Shown one piece after another: positions 12,117-26,250 of a stretch of 64,000 nucleotides of DNA. Under the pieces are notes generated by a model. It saw only the letters and a program-made list of their open reading frames with translations, did no database searches and was not told the origin of the DNA. Origin of the DNA: Geosiphon pyriformis uo1 (lineage: Eukaryota; Fungi; Glomeromycota). The stretch covers positions 806,001 to 870,000 of the forward strand of contig JAAOMT010000502.1 in the NCBI GenBank assembly GCA_016748015.1. Reading direction: 5' to 3'. A program made the translations under genes and the position numbers. How positions within the stretch are numbered: the stretch's first letter is position 1; each line of letters opens with the position of its first letter.

Positions 12117-15100
12117 CCAGTTTATTTCTTTCTTGATGAACTCATTATTTTGGCAATTGGATTGGTAAGACTTCAAATGGATGGGGCAAGTTTTTCTGGT
12201 AGTAATGGTGTATTGTATCACATGGGTTCGTCCTAGGGTATCACCTTCTTTTTAGATAACTGGGCTGTTTCTTGTCAACAGATTTTCAATGTCTATTTTT
12301 TTTTCTTCTGGGGAGGGTTCTCTTTGTTTTACTACTAATAATTAGATTTTAGGTGGTTCATTTTCAAAGGACTTCTGTACTTTTTTTAATTCATCTCTAG
12401 GTATCAAACTGATTGGTTCCCAATCTTTGTAATAGATCAGACATGATTTGTATTCATTACTTGGAGAATACAAGAGTTGGTTGCACTAGTACTGGGCACA
12501 AGGACCATGTTACCAATAACAGTACTTGGCTTTCTTGTCAGGCTTTTGGTCAAAGGTTTTTCTAAGAATATCATAGTAGGGCCAGCAAATCAGCTTGCCA
12601 TTCACAATGATTCCTTCTTTGTCAGCTTTGACATTGTCTAGAGGCTTGCCATTGTTGGTGAAAGTAGTGTATATGAGTTCAGCAGTTTCTTTTTGTTCCT
12701 CTTGTTCTTTTTCTTTGTTACTCTCTTCATCATCTAATTCATCCAATTGTTTTTTTTCTTGATTTTGTTTGTTTACTGGGGGAGTTGTCCAATGGCTGCA
12801 CTTAACTATTATGGGCTTCTCACCACATTTTATGGTTAGTTCACACAGCTCATAGTCAAGTAGTGCTTTGGCTTTCTTAAGCCATTTATTGCCAACAATT
12901 ATGGTGTATTTTTTGGCTTCTGATATTTTTATGTCAGTTTCAATGCTGATGCCATTAATTCAAACAGGAACAGCTTTGACTATACCCAGACCTTTCTTCT
13001 TGTCACCATGTATATTGGTCATTGGTTAAGTAGAGGGCTCATCAATCTTTCTACCAATTGCTTCAAGGAAGTGTTTGGCAATGACACTGACAGATGATCC
13101 ACTGTCTAAAATTAGATCAATGAAATAACCAGCCACTTGAACTTTGCAAATCAGAGGAGTGACATTGCTGTTGTTAGCAAGTCCAGCTTGTCGAGAACAT
13201 TTGTTGGTCTTTGGTGTTTTTTTCTTGGGAATTAGAGATTTGCAGAGATCTTTTTTGAATTATGGGTGGATCATTAGTTGGCCAAAGATAATGTGTGCAG
13301 GAGTTTCCATAAGATCTTTGACAATAGAATAAGGACCAAATTTTTGTACTATTTCTGGGGGTTCCAACTTTAGAAGATTCTTAAAAACTTTAGTCTTTGG
13401 TGGCTCATTGTTATCAGCAGTGGATGTGGATGGTTTGTTTGGGTCCAAAACGAAATCAACCTTGGCTTTCTTCTTCTTTCTGGTTGATTCTGAAATGTTA
13501 ATTGCTAGTTCATCCATGTTGTGGTCATCATTAGTTATGTTAAAAGTGTAAAAGGGGTTTTCTTCTGGTTGGCTTGCATTCTCACTCTTTGGAGGTGTGT
13601 CTACCAGTTTAAAGGCTAATAAACAGTGGCTTCAACTAGGGAATCCTCTCCAAAAAAATTAATGTTTGCATAATTGGTCCTTTGATTGGGAGCATTATTG
13701 TTGTTAAGTCTATTGTTCTGATTCATTATTTCTGGGGGCTGGAAAAGGCAAGGAAAGATTGTTGTAATTTCTTGAGAAATTTCCAGTTAATCCACATCTA
13801 TAACACACAAGAGGGCCACAATTTTGCTGTCTTTGATATGGTGATTGCTGGGGCTGGTTAAAACAGTTTTCAAATCTGGGTCTTTGTAGTTGCTGATTAT
13901 CTCTAACTGCTTGGGCTAATGATTCTAATAGCTGAGCAAGGTTAGCTGTAAGTCTATTTATTAATTGTTCATTTAAATCTTGAGTTTGGGCAGCAAAAGA
14001 AGTAGCAGCCATTTGTGGAGCAGGAGCCATAACAAGAACAGGAGCAAAAACTGGGAGTGTGGATTCCAAATGCATTCTTTGATTGTCTTCAATCCTTTGG
14101 GCAAGTTCAATGGCCATGTCTATTGTAGGGTTGTCTTTTAAAGCCAGGAGAAACCAAAAAGCATAAGAAAGATCAGTTTTTAATTCTTTTGTGAAAGAGT
14201 GAATCTTTTGTTTTTCTGTCCAGTTTCTTCCAGAATCTACTCATTTAATTAACTTTCTTATTACTTTAGCATATTCAATTACTACTTCTCCTGGGCCTTG
14301 GGTTCTTCTTTCCAATTCTATTCACCACTTGGATATCAAGATTGGAGTTCTGAACTTATTTTCAAACCAGATAGTGAAAGAAGTGTTTTCTTCTCCAGCA
14401 TTTGTTGGTGCCCATCTAATTATTCTTTGGTAAGCACCAGCATCAGTTTTTTGTAAGAACCAAGTTGCAGGAGAGCCCTGGAGATAACCACCAACAATTT
14501 AGAACTTGTACTTATTGTTATATTGATTGGCTGTAACAGCTCTCTTAAAATCATCTAACCATTCAATTGGATCTTGTGCATCACCTCTGAATAATGGTAG
14601 TGAGGTATTGTTTCTTTGCTCTAAAGCAGTTGTATGTCTTGAAGGGCAATCAGAATGTTTTGTTGTATGGAGTCATTAGCCATTGGTTCAGGTGTAACTG
14701 TTTGTGTAGATGAATCTGATTTACTTGATAAAAAGTCAAAAACAGGAGCAGTTTGGTAGCTTTCTTCTTCTGTTTCAAAAGAAGTTTCAGTTACTTGATG
14801 GACAGCCATCCAAGTGTGAATTTAATGATTCAGATATTCGAAATCAGGGGGCTGTTGTTCAAAGGTAGTGGAGTATAAAAGCTGATCGATACTATTGTTT
14901 CTTTTTTTAAAGTTGTCTTCAAAATAAGCTTAGTTAAAGTAATGGATTGTGTAGGCTGTATAGGTTCAGCTGAATGTTCATTCAGGAACCAGTTCCAAAA
15001 GTCTTGGAATTGTCTACTGGATTGTTCTTCAATGAAGAAGCAAATCAAGCAGGAGAGCAAAGGATTGAGTTCAATAAAGTCTAAATCATTTTTGTTATGT

Positions 15101-15202
15101 GCTTCAAAGTGTTTTTCTGATTGTTGTGGTAGGTATAAATAATCACCCATATAATAGAAAACAAAGTGGATTTTGACAACCTCACAGAGAGTACCACTTT
15201 TA

Positions 15203-15942
15203 TGTTATGGGTTGGAGTAACAAGCTAACAAATAGCAAGGGAGAACAGGATTGTAGGGTAATGGAAATAATCAAAGGGAATTCAACTTCAAAGAGCAAAT
15301 TGAATAAGTATAGATTTAATGTGCAAGATCAGTCTCATAAAATATCTCAGTTACTATTCTTTTTAAAGGTAACTGGAAAATCTGAAGATAGAGGAATAGT
15401 CTGTACTGTCAACAATTAATCATCACTGGTATAATTCTATGTCTTACATCAGCACTCTTAGAATTTAATATCAGGTATCAACTTGTGCTTTTCAGTCATG
15501 TTTATTCAAATAATCTTCAAATACTACAATTATATATGTCAGAAAAAGGCCAACAAGTAATTTTTTATCTTTTAAGATGTTCAGATACTTAAAGATAGAG
15601 AAAGAGAATTTTTAGTGATCAGAGAAAGATTAAGATAAAAGTTGTTATTTTATTTATTCTTGATTAATCAGATGCTTGTTATTACATACTTTTCTACAGC
15701 TAAGAGACTCATCACTTATATAGCTATTGAAAGTGGTTAATGACCAGGTCAATAATCAAGTCAATGATCAGGTCAACAGTCAGGTCATTGATCAGGTTAT
15801 TGATCAGATCAATAATCAGGTCAACAGTTAGGTCATTGATCAGGTCAATGATCACTATCTATAAATAGAGTAGGTAATTTATATAACATCAGTGGCTAAT
15901 ACATGTGATAACTAATAAAAACTATGAATTTTAATCATAACA
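15203..15942 (-). repeat. 5' LTR of A1 with expanded 12-bp (CAGGTCAATGAT-like) tandem array
   Basis: TGTTA...TAACA termini, adjacent PBS, homologous to the other A LTRs; about 9-10 repeat units at ~15740-15855. Confidence 0.9.
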
Positions 15943-17336
15943 CCACAAAGGAGCAAATCATTAAAATACTGATGCTCTTTCTAGACTTACTATTCAGTAA
16001 TATTACAATCTCTTAAACCAAACCAACTTAATTATTAGTAACTTCTTTACAAACAAACATGATAATGGACTTGGACAACTACTCTGCCTTAATAAAATTT
16101 TTGGGTAAAAGATAATACCCACCAGAATACACTCAACAGCAAAGAGAACATTTGCACAAACAATCAAATTTCTATTTGATCTGCCAGAACCAATTATATA
16201 AAAGAAACAGAAAAGATTTTAACTGCCCCCAAAGAATCATCAGATTTGAAAAAAAAAAATTGTAATATACAACATGCATACTGACCCATTAGCTGGACAC
16301 TTTGGAAAAACAAAAACAATTCAGAAAACTTTAGCTTATTATTATTGGCCTACCTTGGGAAAAAACATTGCTGAATACATCAAAACCTGTGACATCTGTC
16401 AAAGAAGAGATAAATCCAATCACAAAGAAGATATTTATTCAATCTCTGTTGGTCAACCATTTAACAGAATTGGTATAGATGTTGTTAGACTTTTAACAAT
16501 AACTTCTGATGGCAACAGATACATTATCACAGCTACTGACTATCTTACAAAGTGGGTAGAAGCAAGAGCCACCTCAGACCAAACAGCAGTCTCAATAGCC
16601 AATTTCATTTATGAAGATATTATTTGCTGTCATGACTGCCTCAAAGAACTTTTATCTGATAGAGGAAGAGCTTTTCTCAGTACACTGGTTGAAGAACTTT
16701 GCAGAAAAATAAGAATATGTCACAAACTTTCTTCTCCTTATTATCCCCAAACAAATGGTCTAGTGGAACATTTCAATAAAACATTATGTAAAACCCTAGC
16801 CAAAACCAGTAAAGAAACAAACTTATGAGACAAAGTACTGCCTTCAGTTTTGTTTGCTTATAAAACTGACATAACAAGTTATGAACTTTTTTATCTGCTC
16901 TATGGATGCATAGCAACACTACCAATAGAAATTGACATTGAGACAATACTCTTTGAAGAAATCACAATAAAAAATTACAAAGACATTTTGCAAAGAAGAC
17001 TTGGTACTATTCTTGATTTCTTGGTAGAAGTATGGATAATTGCCTTTAAAAAGATAAAGCAGTTCTAAGAAAAGCTTAAGAAAAAAAAAACTTATAAAAC
17101 ACTTTCCTTAAGTGTTAGTAACTTAGTATTGGAATATTGCTCAGACAGAGACAATGTTTATGATAATAAATTCTTTAGCCAGTGGAAAAGATCTTTTATA
17201 GTCAACAAAGATTTGAACAATGGTTCTTATATTCTTCAAAATCAATCCAGAACAATCTTCAATGATCATCCTGTTTATGGTACATAACTCAAGAAATATC
17301 ATAAATAATCTGATTGGTTGCCTGTTGTGGTAATAT
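15943..17336 (+). mobile_element. Family A fragment A2 (RNase H end, integrase, start of ORF3 region)
   Basis: Integrase ORF 16274-16828 (HHCC, GIDVV, YYPQTNGLVE); colinear with 53.65-55.06 kb; a further ORF3 sliver continues at ~26186-26250. Confidence 0.88.
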
Positions 17337-20300
17337 TGTTATGGGTTGGAGTAACAAGCTAACGGATAGCAAGAGAGAACAGAATTGTAGGGTAATGAAA
17401 GGAATCAAAGAGAATTCAACTTCAAAGAGTGAATTAAATGAGTATGGATTCAATGTGCAAGATCAGTTTCATAAAATATCTCAGTTGCTGTATTTTTCTA
17501 AAGATAACCGGAGAATTTAAAAGTAGAGGGATAGTCTGTAATGTCAACAAATGATCACACACTGGTATAATTCTATGTCTTATATCAGCACTCTTAGAAT
17601 TCAATATCAGATATCAGATGTACTTTTCAGTCACATTTTATTCAATAGTCTTTAAATGCTGCAATTACACATTTCAGGAAAAGGGTAAAGAATAACCAAC
17701 AAGTAATCTTTTATTCCAAGATGTTCAGATATGTGAAAGTAGGAAAAGAAAAATTAGCAATAAGAGAATGATTAAGATAAAAGTTGTTATTTTATTTATT
17801 TGATTTCTATATGTTTTTCTACAACTAAGAGATTCATTATTTATATAGCTATTAAAAGTAGTCAATAATCAGATTAATGATCAGGTCAATAATTAGGTCA
17901 ATGGTCAGGTCATTAATCAGATCAATAATTACTTTCTAAAAATAGAGTGGCTAATTTATATAACATCAGTGACTAATACATGTGATAATTAATAGAAAGT
18001 ATAAGTTTCAACCATAACATCATTCTTTCCAAAGAGATTGAGCTCTGACAAAATCAAGCTATTTATGAAGTAATCTATTTGAAAAGTTTTATCTAACTCA
18101 AAGCTAACTAGTTTGTTGAAGTTTTTTGTGAATAAGGTATATAATATTTAAGGTGAAATGAGTTTTGTATTCAAGAAACCAAATCTTTGTATTAGAGGTT
18201 TGGCTTTTTTAGCAATAATTAAAACTCTTGAGACATCTAACCATATAATACCCAAAATTTCTGCCTGTATCTCTGAAGTTGTTTTCTTCATGAGTTTCAT
18301 GTTTTCTATGATTTCACCAAGGTGACTATAGAGTTCTAATTGCCTTCCATATGACAAGTTTTTGTTTATGGGTAAGATTTCTTGGAATGTTTTTTCAATT
18401 GTGTTGAAAAGTAGAAGTATAGCTGCTGTTATACTTTTCAACAGATATTTATCCATTTTACTACCAATTTTTTCTCTTCTGGTAGTAGTTTTCTTTGGTC
18501 TAATAACAGTATGTGTTCCACAGTTATCAGTTATTGTGGTTTGTTTTCCAATGTTCAGAGTAGCATTTGGATAGTTTTTGATCCAATACTCATGGAAAGT
18601 ATAGAAGGTGTTTTGAATGTTTTGATTCAGAAAATAATTGTTCATGTTGATTGAAGATACTTCTGTTTTGGAAATAGTGGATTTATTTATACTTGATTTT
18701 TGCTAATCAATTGAGTTGGTATTATCACAACAGGCAGCCAATCAGGTTATTTATAATATTTCTTGAGTTATGTACCATGAACAGGATAATCATTGAAGAT
18801 TGTTTTGGATTGATCTTAAAGAATATAAAAACCATTGTTCAAAACTTTGTTGACTATAAAAAATTTTTTCTACTGGCTAGAGAATTTATTACCATAGACA
18901 TTGTTTCTGTCTGAATGGTATTCTAATACCAAATCACTAACACTTAAAGAAAGTGTTTTATAGGTTTTCTTTTTTTTAAGCTTTTCTTGAAACTGTTTTA
19001 TCTTTTCAAAAGCAATTATTCATGCTTCTACCAAGGAGTCAAGAATGGTATCAAGTCTTCTTTGCAAAATGTCTTTGTAATTTTTTATTGTGATTTCTTC
19101 AAAGAGTATTGTCTCAATGTCAATTTCTATTGGTAGTGTTGCCATGCATTCATAGAGCAGATAAAAAGGTTCATAACTTGTTATATTATGATTTACAGTT
19201 TTATAAGCAAACAAAACTGAAAACAGTACTTTGTTTCATAAGTTTGTTTCTTTACTGATTTTGGCTAGGGTTTTACATAATGTTCTATTGAAATATTCCA
19301 TTAGACCATTTGTTTGGAGGTGGTAAGAAGAAGAAAGTTTGTGACATATTTCTATTTTCCTGCAAAGTTCTTCAACCAGTGTACTGAGAAAAGCTCTTCC
19401 TCTATCAGATAAAAGTTCTTTGGGACAGCCATGACAGCAAATGATATCTTTATAAATGAAATTGGCTATTGAGACTGCTGTTTGGTCTGGGGTGGTTCTT
19501 GCTTCTACCCACTTTGTAAGATAGTCAGTAGCTGTGATAATATATCTGTTGCCATCAGAAGTTATTGTTAAAAGTCTAACAACATCTATACCAATTCTGT
19601 CAAATAGTTGACCAACAGAGATTGGATGAATATCTTCTTTGTGATTGGGTTTACTTCTTCTTTGACAAATGTCACAGGTTTTGATGTATTCAGGAATGTC
19701 TTTTCCCAAGATAGGCCAATAATAATAAGCTAAAGTTTTCTGAATTGTTTTTGTTTTTTCAAAGTGTCTAGCTAATGAGTCAGTGTACATGTTGTATATT
19801 ACAATTTTTTTTTCTTTAAATCTGATGACTCTTTGGGGTCAGTTAGGATCTTTTCTGTTTCTTTTATATAATTGGTTCTGGTAGATTAAATAGAAATTTG
19901 ATTGTTTGCGCAAATGTTCTCTTTGCTGTTGAGTGTATTTTGGTAGGTATTGTCTTTTACCCAAAAATTTTATTAAGGCAGAGTAGTTGTCCAAGTCCAT
20001 TATCGTGTTTGTTTGTGAAAAAGTTACTAATAATTAAGTTGGTTTGGTTTGAAAGATTGTACTATTACTGGATGGTAAGTCTAGAAAGAGTGTTAACATT
20101 TTGATGATTTGCTTCTTTGCAGTGTTGAATATTATAGTCAAATTTATCTAAGTGGAGTATCTAGCAAGTTATTTATTTATGTTCCAGCTTCTTTTTAATG
20201 TGCAGCCAAACCAAGACTTAATGATCTGTTACCACTAAAAATTTTGCACCAAAGAGATATTGATCCCAGTAACTAGTAGCTCAAACTACTGCTAAACATT

Positions 20301-21289
20301 TTTGTTCAGTTACTGAGTAGTTCTTTTCTACTGGTGTAAGGGATTTACTGGCATATGCTATGGTATGTTCTCTGCCATTTTCATCTTTCTGTGAAAGAAC
20401 AGCACCAAGTCCATAGCCAAATGCATCAGTGTGAAATATAAAATGTTAGTCCAGATCAGATTGCTTGAGAATTGGTTTAGTAACAAGTTTTTTCTTCAAA
20501 ATTTCAAAAGCTTTTTGTTGATAAGTGCCCCAGTAATAATTGACATTTTTTTTAAGTAGCTAATTAAGAGAAAAAGCAATTTTGGAGAAATTTTTAATAA
20601 AGTTGTGATAATAAGAGACCAAACCAAGAAAAAAGCATAGTTTAGGAACATTCATTGATTGTCTAATGTTCTGAACTTTTTCAACTTTAGCTGGATCAGG
20701 AAAAATTCTATCTTTTGTAATAAGATGACCAAAAAACTGGGTGGATTGGCATTCAAAGAAAGATTTGATTGGATTGATCTTAAGGCCAGCATTTCTGAGC
20801 AGGTCAAAAATCTTCTGTAAATATTTAAGGTATTTATTCCAGGTTTTTAAATATACCATTATGTCATCCAAGTAAACCAGAACAAAGTTTTTTTTTACTG
20901 ATTCAAACTCTTTATCCATTAGGCATTGAAAGGTGAGAGGAGCATTGATAAAACCAAAAGACATGACTGTGAATTCATAAGTATCATACTTGGTGATGAA
21001 AGCAGTTTTTTTTCTGCTTTTAGATTCATCTCTACTTGCCAGAATCCAGCAGTTAAGTCAATGGTTGAGAAGAAAGCAGTGCCATTGAATTTATCTAGCA
21101 TTGCATCAATTTTAGGGAGTAGATATATGTATCTTATAGTAATGGTGATAGTCAACACAGAAGCATAGAGTTCCATTTTTCTTGGATACCACTACAACTG
21201 GAAAAGCCCATTCACTCTTGGTTTCTTGTATGAATCCAAGATCTTTCATCCAGTTTATTTTTTTCTTAATAAACTCATCATTGTGTCGA

Positions 21290-23735
21290 GAAAAGAAAAA
21301 AAAACTTTTTCTCTCTTAAATTTTATGACCACAACTAGAGCTAAGATTAAAAAAGTTGCAAACAGTACTTTTCCTATAGCAACTAATAAAGTTTTAACAC
21401 AAGAGGGTTTCTCGATTATTGAAGCAGCTAGACAAAACGTTCTGGCAACATTTCTTTTAAAAAATACTAGTAATAAGCAGCCTTTAGTGGTTTCTGATTT
21501 ATTTTCTTTATCTTTGGCTAGTAGCTCTTCTCCAGTCAAAGTTCCTTCCAAAAAACACATTCGGGTTAGTCCCAGTGTTGTTTCCACCACTTCAAAAAGC
21601 CCAAAAATTTTTAATAACAGACCAGTTAACAAGTTGGTCTTTCCTGTTTTCACTACTTTCACTACTACTTCTACTACTACTGCTTTACAAATGGCTGCAA
21701 AAGCAAAAATTTCCAAAAAACAGCAGCAGGCAGTTGCAACTGCTATGGTTACACTGAATCTCTTTGTGGTTCCAGATGAGATTTTCAGTAAGATCTTCAC
21801 AGCAGCAGCCAGTTTTCTTCCTGATATGGATGACAACAACAGCAGCACATCTTCCAAGATGGGCCAAGATCAACCACTGGCTGTGTTGCCTGATGTGATA
21901 CTCTCCAGTAGATCATTGCCAATCCCAGTAGCAAAACAGTCCATCAATCCAGATGATCTCAAAGATTGGGCTGATCAAATGAAAATGGAATCAACTGTCT
22001 CTCCTCCAGTTTCTGATGCTGCTGATGGCGGTGCTTGGGAAAATGTAAATGGTTGTCAGAGGTTTTCTGGTTGGGTGGCCTCCAATCTAGTACCTGGTGC
22101 TACATTTAAAATCAAAATGGCTCTGCTTAGTTTCTTGTTTTAGTTGCTGCCTGATTGTATTGGGCTTAAGTCAGTTTCACAAGATACTGTTAAGTTGTTT
22201 TGTGTGGAATTTGTATCTTAAGAGAGTTTAAATAGTGCCACCAAAGTGGCTATCAGTGATGAGGTTTTTTTGACCACTTTTAAGATTGCACGGTCTTCTG
22301 GTGTGGTCTCTGTTTCCTTCCTTTCCTTGTCAATTGTACTACATGACATACCTTTGGGTATCTTTTTTGATGACATCAAAACTACTCTTGGTATTTTTGG
22401 TGTTGTTACTTCTGTTAAGTTGAAGCCTGTTGGCTTATGGCAATATGCTGTGGTTAACTTCAAAAACACTTCTTCTATTGCTACTACTCTCTCTAACTGG
22501 TCTGTATTGATTAGAAAAAACAGTGTTAGGATTCTTCCCATTGTCAACCAAAAGGAGATTATCTCTTCAAGAGATGCATTCAAAGCTAAGTTGGTTAATC
22601 TTTCATTTGGCTGTACTGCCTTTGAGATAAGTGATTTGGTCTTCTAAGTTGGTGGCCATACATGTTTCATTCCTCGCTCCTCTGAATCTTATCAATCTTA
22701 ACATTTTGCTGTGGTTACCTTTGATTCTTTGGAATCTCTGAATGTTGCTGTGTCAAAAACTGGTATCTTGTATGGTTGTCGCATTTGGTGAAAAACTTCT
22801 GGATGTTGCTGCTGTTATAGGTGTCAAGACTTGGATCATTTGACCATAAACTGCAAGAAGTCACCTCCTCATTCACCCAAACTTTCCTCCAACACTTCTG
22901 ATGGCCCAAAAATTTTTAAACTTTTGTTTGCTAGATCTAAATCTTATGCCAAAGCTGCTGCTTTTGTGGTTCCTCCTAGTGCTGCTGCTGCTAATATGAA
23001 CTTGGATCTCAGTGGTTCTCCCAAAACTACATCACCCATGGTGCCTGCTGTATCTTCTGTTCCCAATTCTGCTGTTGAATCTAGATTGGCGTCTTTGGAA
23101 TCCCACCTTAGTGAACTATCTGTGTTGATAAAATCTTTAGTTGAACTTGTTAGTGTTCTTGTTGCATTGGTTACTAAATTGCTGTTTACTCTATCTGCTG
23201 TAGATGGGTCAGTTAAGAAATGTGTGGATGAATTAGCTAAGCAAAATAAAGAATTGGCTGCTGTTGCCACCATGATGCAAAAAAGAATAACACACCTTGA
23301 GAAAATATGTGAATGGACCTGCTTAGAGGATAGATCAGATGTTGATAACATGGTTGATGACATTAATAATAATGATTATGAAGACAAAAACTTTTCAGTT
23401 TATGATAATATCTTTGATGTTATGATGCACTTATGAGAAGATTAGCCTTCCAAGATCAAATCCAGTCCTAATCAGACTGCTAAGTGGATGAGTGGTATGA
23501 TTAAGAATAGTCATAAGCTAGTTAGTATTATGGATAAAATGTATGAATTAGATATGTTTGATATATTAAGTAGTAAAGATAGTACTAGCATGTAGTTAGG
23601 GCTTTTTACTAATGGTTAGTCATATCTTGTAAACTTTGTATTATTGAGTGAACTGGCTTTATGAAAGTGCCAACTTTATTGTTGAACAAAATTAATAAAT
23701 GATCAGCATAACTACACATTAATATTAAAAAAAAA
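21290..23735 (+). mobile_element. Full-length ORF1-only non-LTR retroposon (HAL1-like), copy 1
   Basis: 13-bp TSD ATCATTGTGT(C/T)GA (21277-21289 / 23736-23748), AATAAA plus poly(A), single long ORF, no EN/RT. Confidence 0.9.
21325..23595 (+). pseudogene. LINE-ORF1-like protein (~756 aa; RRM-like region, CCHC knuckle, coiled coil), in-frame stops only
   Basis: Track ORFs 21226, 22246 and 22831 share one frame from MTTTRAK to STSM*; VLHDIPLG...FGVVTSVKLKPVGLWQYAVVNF; CYRCQDLDHLTINC. Confidence 0.8.
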
Positions 23736-25175
23736 ATCATTGTGTTGATTGAATTGATAAGGCTTTAAATGGATGAGATGAGTTTCTTTTGTAGCAATGA
23801 TGTGTTGTATTACATGAGTTTGTTCAGGGGTGTTACTTTCTTTTAAAATAACTGGGCTATTTTTAGCCAACAGATTTTTAATGTCTATTTTTTTTTCTTT
23901 AGGGAAAAGTTCTCTTTGTTCTATAATTAGTGATTGAATTTTAAATGGTTTATTCTCAAAGGACTTTTGTATTTCTTTAAGTTCTTTTCGAGATATCAAG
24001 CTAATTGGTTCCCAATTTTTGTAATAGATTAGACAGGATTTGCATTCATTACTTGGTGAATATAAAAGTTTATTACACCAGCATTGTGTACAAGAGTCAT
24101 GTCACCAATAACTGTATTTGGCTTTTTTGTTAGGTTTTTTGTCAAAGGTTTTTCTGAGGATATTATAGTAGGACCAGCAAATCAGCTTGCCATTTACCAT
24201 GATTCCTTCTTTGTTAGCTTTAACATTGTCCAGTGGCTTGCCATTGCTGATAAAGATGATATAGACATGTTTAGCAGTTTCTTTTGGTTTTTTTTGATCT
24301 TCATCATCACTTTCATCATCATTTGATTCATCTGATTGTTTTTTTTCTTGGTTCTGTTTAGTTGCTGGAAAAGTTGTCCAATGACAGCATTTAACCACAA
24401 TGAGTTTTTCACCACATCTAATGGTTAGCTCACACAGTTCATAGTCAAGTAGTGTTTTGGCTTTCTTAAGCCACTCATTACCAACAATGATGGTATACTC
24501 TTTTGCTTCAGATACTTCTATATCTGTTTTAATGTTAATATCATTGATGTATACAAGAACAGCTTTGGTTATATCCAGATCTTTCTTTTTGTCACTATGT
24601 ATATTGGTTATAGGCTGAGTAGAAGGTTCATTAATTTTTTTTCCAATAGCTTCTAGAAAGTATTTGGCAATTACACTTACAGATGATCCACTGTTTAAGA
24701 TTAAATCAATGAAGTAGCCAGCCACTTGGGCTTTACAAATCAGAGGAGTAACATTGCTGTTGTTAGCAAGTCCAGCTTAACAAGAATGCTTGTTGGTTTT
24801 TGGTGTCTTCTTCTTTGGTATTAAGGATTTGCAAAGATCTTTTCTGAACTGTGGATGAATTATTAGTTGGCCAAATGTAATGTGTACTGGGGTTTCCATG
24901 AGATTTTTAACAACAGAATAAGAGTCAGAATTTTGTACTTTTTTTGGAGGTTCTAACTTTTAAAATTTTTTAAAAACTTTAGTCTTTGGTGGCTCATTGT
25001 TGTCAACAGCAGAAGTTGAGACTTTGTTGGGATTTAAAACAAAATCAACCTTGGCTTTCTTCTTCTTTCTTGTTAAGTCAGAGGTGTTAATTGCCAGTTC
25101 ATCCATATTATGATCATTATCAGTTAGGTTAAAAGCATAAAAGAGGTTTTTTTCTGGTTGGCTTGTACTTTCACC

Positions 25176-25792
25176 CCTTAGTTGAACCTATTGGGGCTTT
25201 GGTTGCATTGGTTACCAAATTGCTGTCTACTCCATCTGCTGTAGATGTATCAGTTAAGGAATGTGTGAATGGATTGGCTAAGCAAAATAAAGGCTTGGCT
25301 GCTGTTGCTTCTATAATACAGAAAAAAATGACATGTCTTGAGAAAATATATGAATGGGTCTGCTTAGAGAATAGATCAGATGTTAACAACATGATTGATA
25401 ATGTTAATGATAATAATGATAAAGATAAAGACTTTTCAGTTTATAATAACACTTTTAATGTCATGATGTACTTATAAGAAGATCAGCCTTCCAGAATCAA
25501 GTCCAGTCCTGATCAGACTGCTAAATAGATGAGTAGTATGGTTAAAAATAGTTATGAGCTAGTTAGCATTATGGGTAAGATGTATGAATTAGATATGTTT
25601 GATACATTAAGTAGCAAAGATAGTATTAGCATTTAGTTAGAGCTTTCCACTTGTGGTTAATTGCATCTTGTGATTTTGTATTATTGGGTGAGCTGACTTT
25701 ATGAAAAGATCATGCTTTTTGAATGTGGCTAAACTAATAAAAAACCAGCATGGCTATACGTTAACAAAAAAAAAAAAAAAAAAAAAAAAAAA
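25176..25792 (+). mobile_element. 5'-truncated ORF1-only retroposon, copy 2 (27-nt poly(A))
   Basis: Homologous to ~23135-23735; long A tail at 25766-25792; no TSD, flanks are non-adjacent parts of A3. Confidence 0.88.
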
Positions 25793-25997
25793 GATGAAAG
25801 TTGTTATTTTATTTATTTTATTTCCTTGATTTCTACATATTTTTCTACAGCTAAGAGATTCATCACTTATATAGCTATCAAAAGTGGTTAATGATCAGGT
25901 TAATAATCACTTTCTAAAAATAGAATGGCTAATTTATATAACATTAGTGGCTAATACATGTGATAATTAATAAGAAGTATAAGTTTCAACTGTAATA

Positions 25998-26185
25998 ATA
26001 TATTTAATACATTAGGTAACAAAGATAGTACTAGCATGTAGTTAGGCCTTTCTACTTGTAATTAGCCACATCTTGTGATTTTGTATTATTGGGTGAGCTG
26101 GTTTTATGAAAGCACCATATTACTGTAGACATAACTAATAAATAACTAGCATGACTACATATTAACACAAAAAAAAACAAAAAAA
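25998..26185 (+). mobile_element. Short 3' fragment of the ORF1-only retroposon, copy 3
   Basis: Matches the ORF end (AGTACTAGCATGTAG), 3' UTR and A-rich tail of copies 1 and 4. Confidence 0.8.
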
Positions 26186-26250
26186 CAATTAGAACTCTAT
26201 AGTTGTCTTGGTAAAATTATAGAAGACATAAAACTAATAAAGAAAACAAA

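Larger units (their letters stand above)
1..15942 (-). mobile_element. Ty3/Gypsy family A copy A1 (5' LTR, gag, pol; 3' end outside window), interrupted by element B
   Basis: Integrase (32-520), RT with YLDD (1165-1749), protease and gag fragments (12.1-15.15 kb) on minus strand; PBS near 15180-15196; LTR 15203-15942. Sequence resumes seamlessly across B (ttcatCCGG|B|CCAGtttatt). Confidence 0.92.
17337..25997 (-). mobile_element. Family A copy A3, carrying two ORF1-only retroposon insertions
   Basis: 3' LTR 17337-18019, ORF3 18148-18645, IN 19236-19790, RT 20560-21176, protease 24102-24725, partial 5' LTR 25793-25997; 4-bp TSD ATAT on both sides. Confidence 0.88.
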
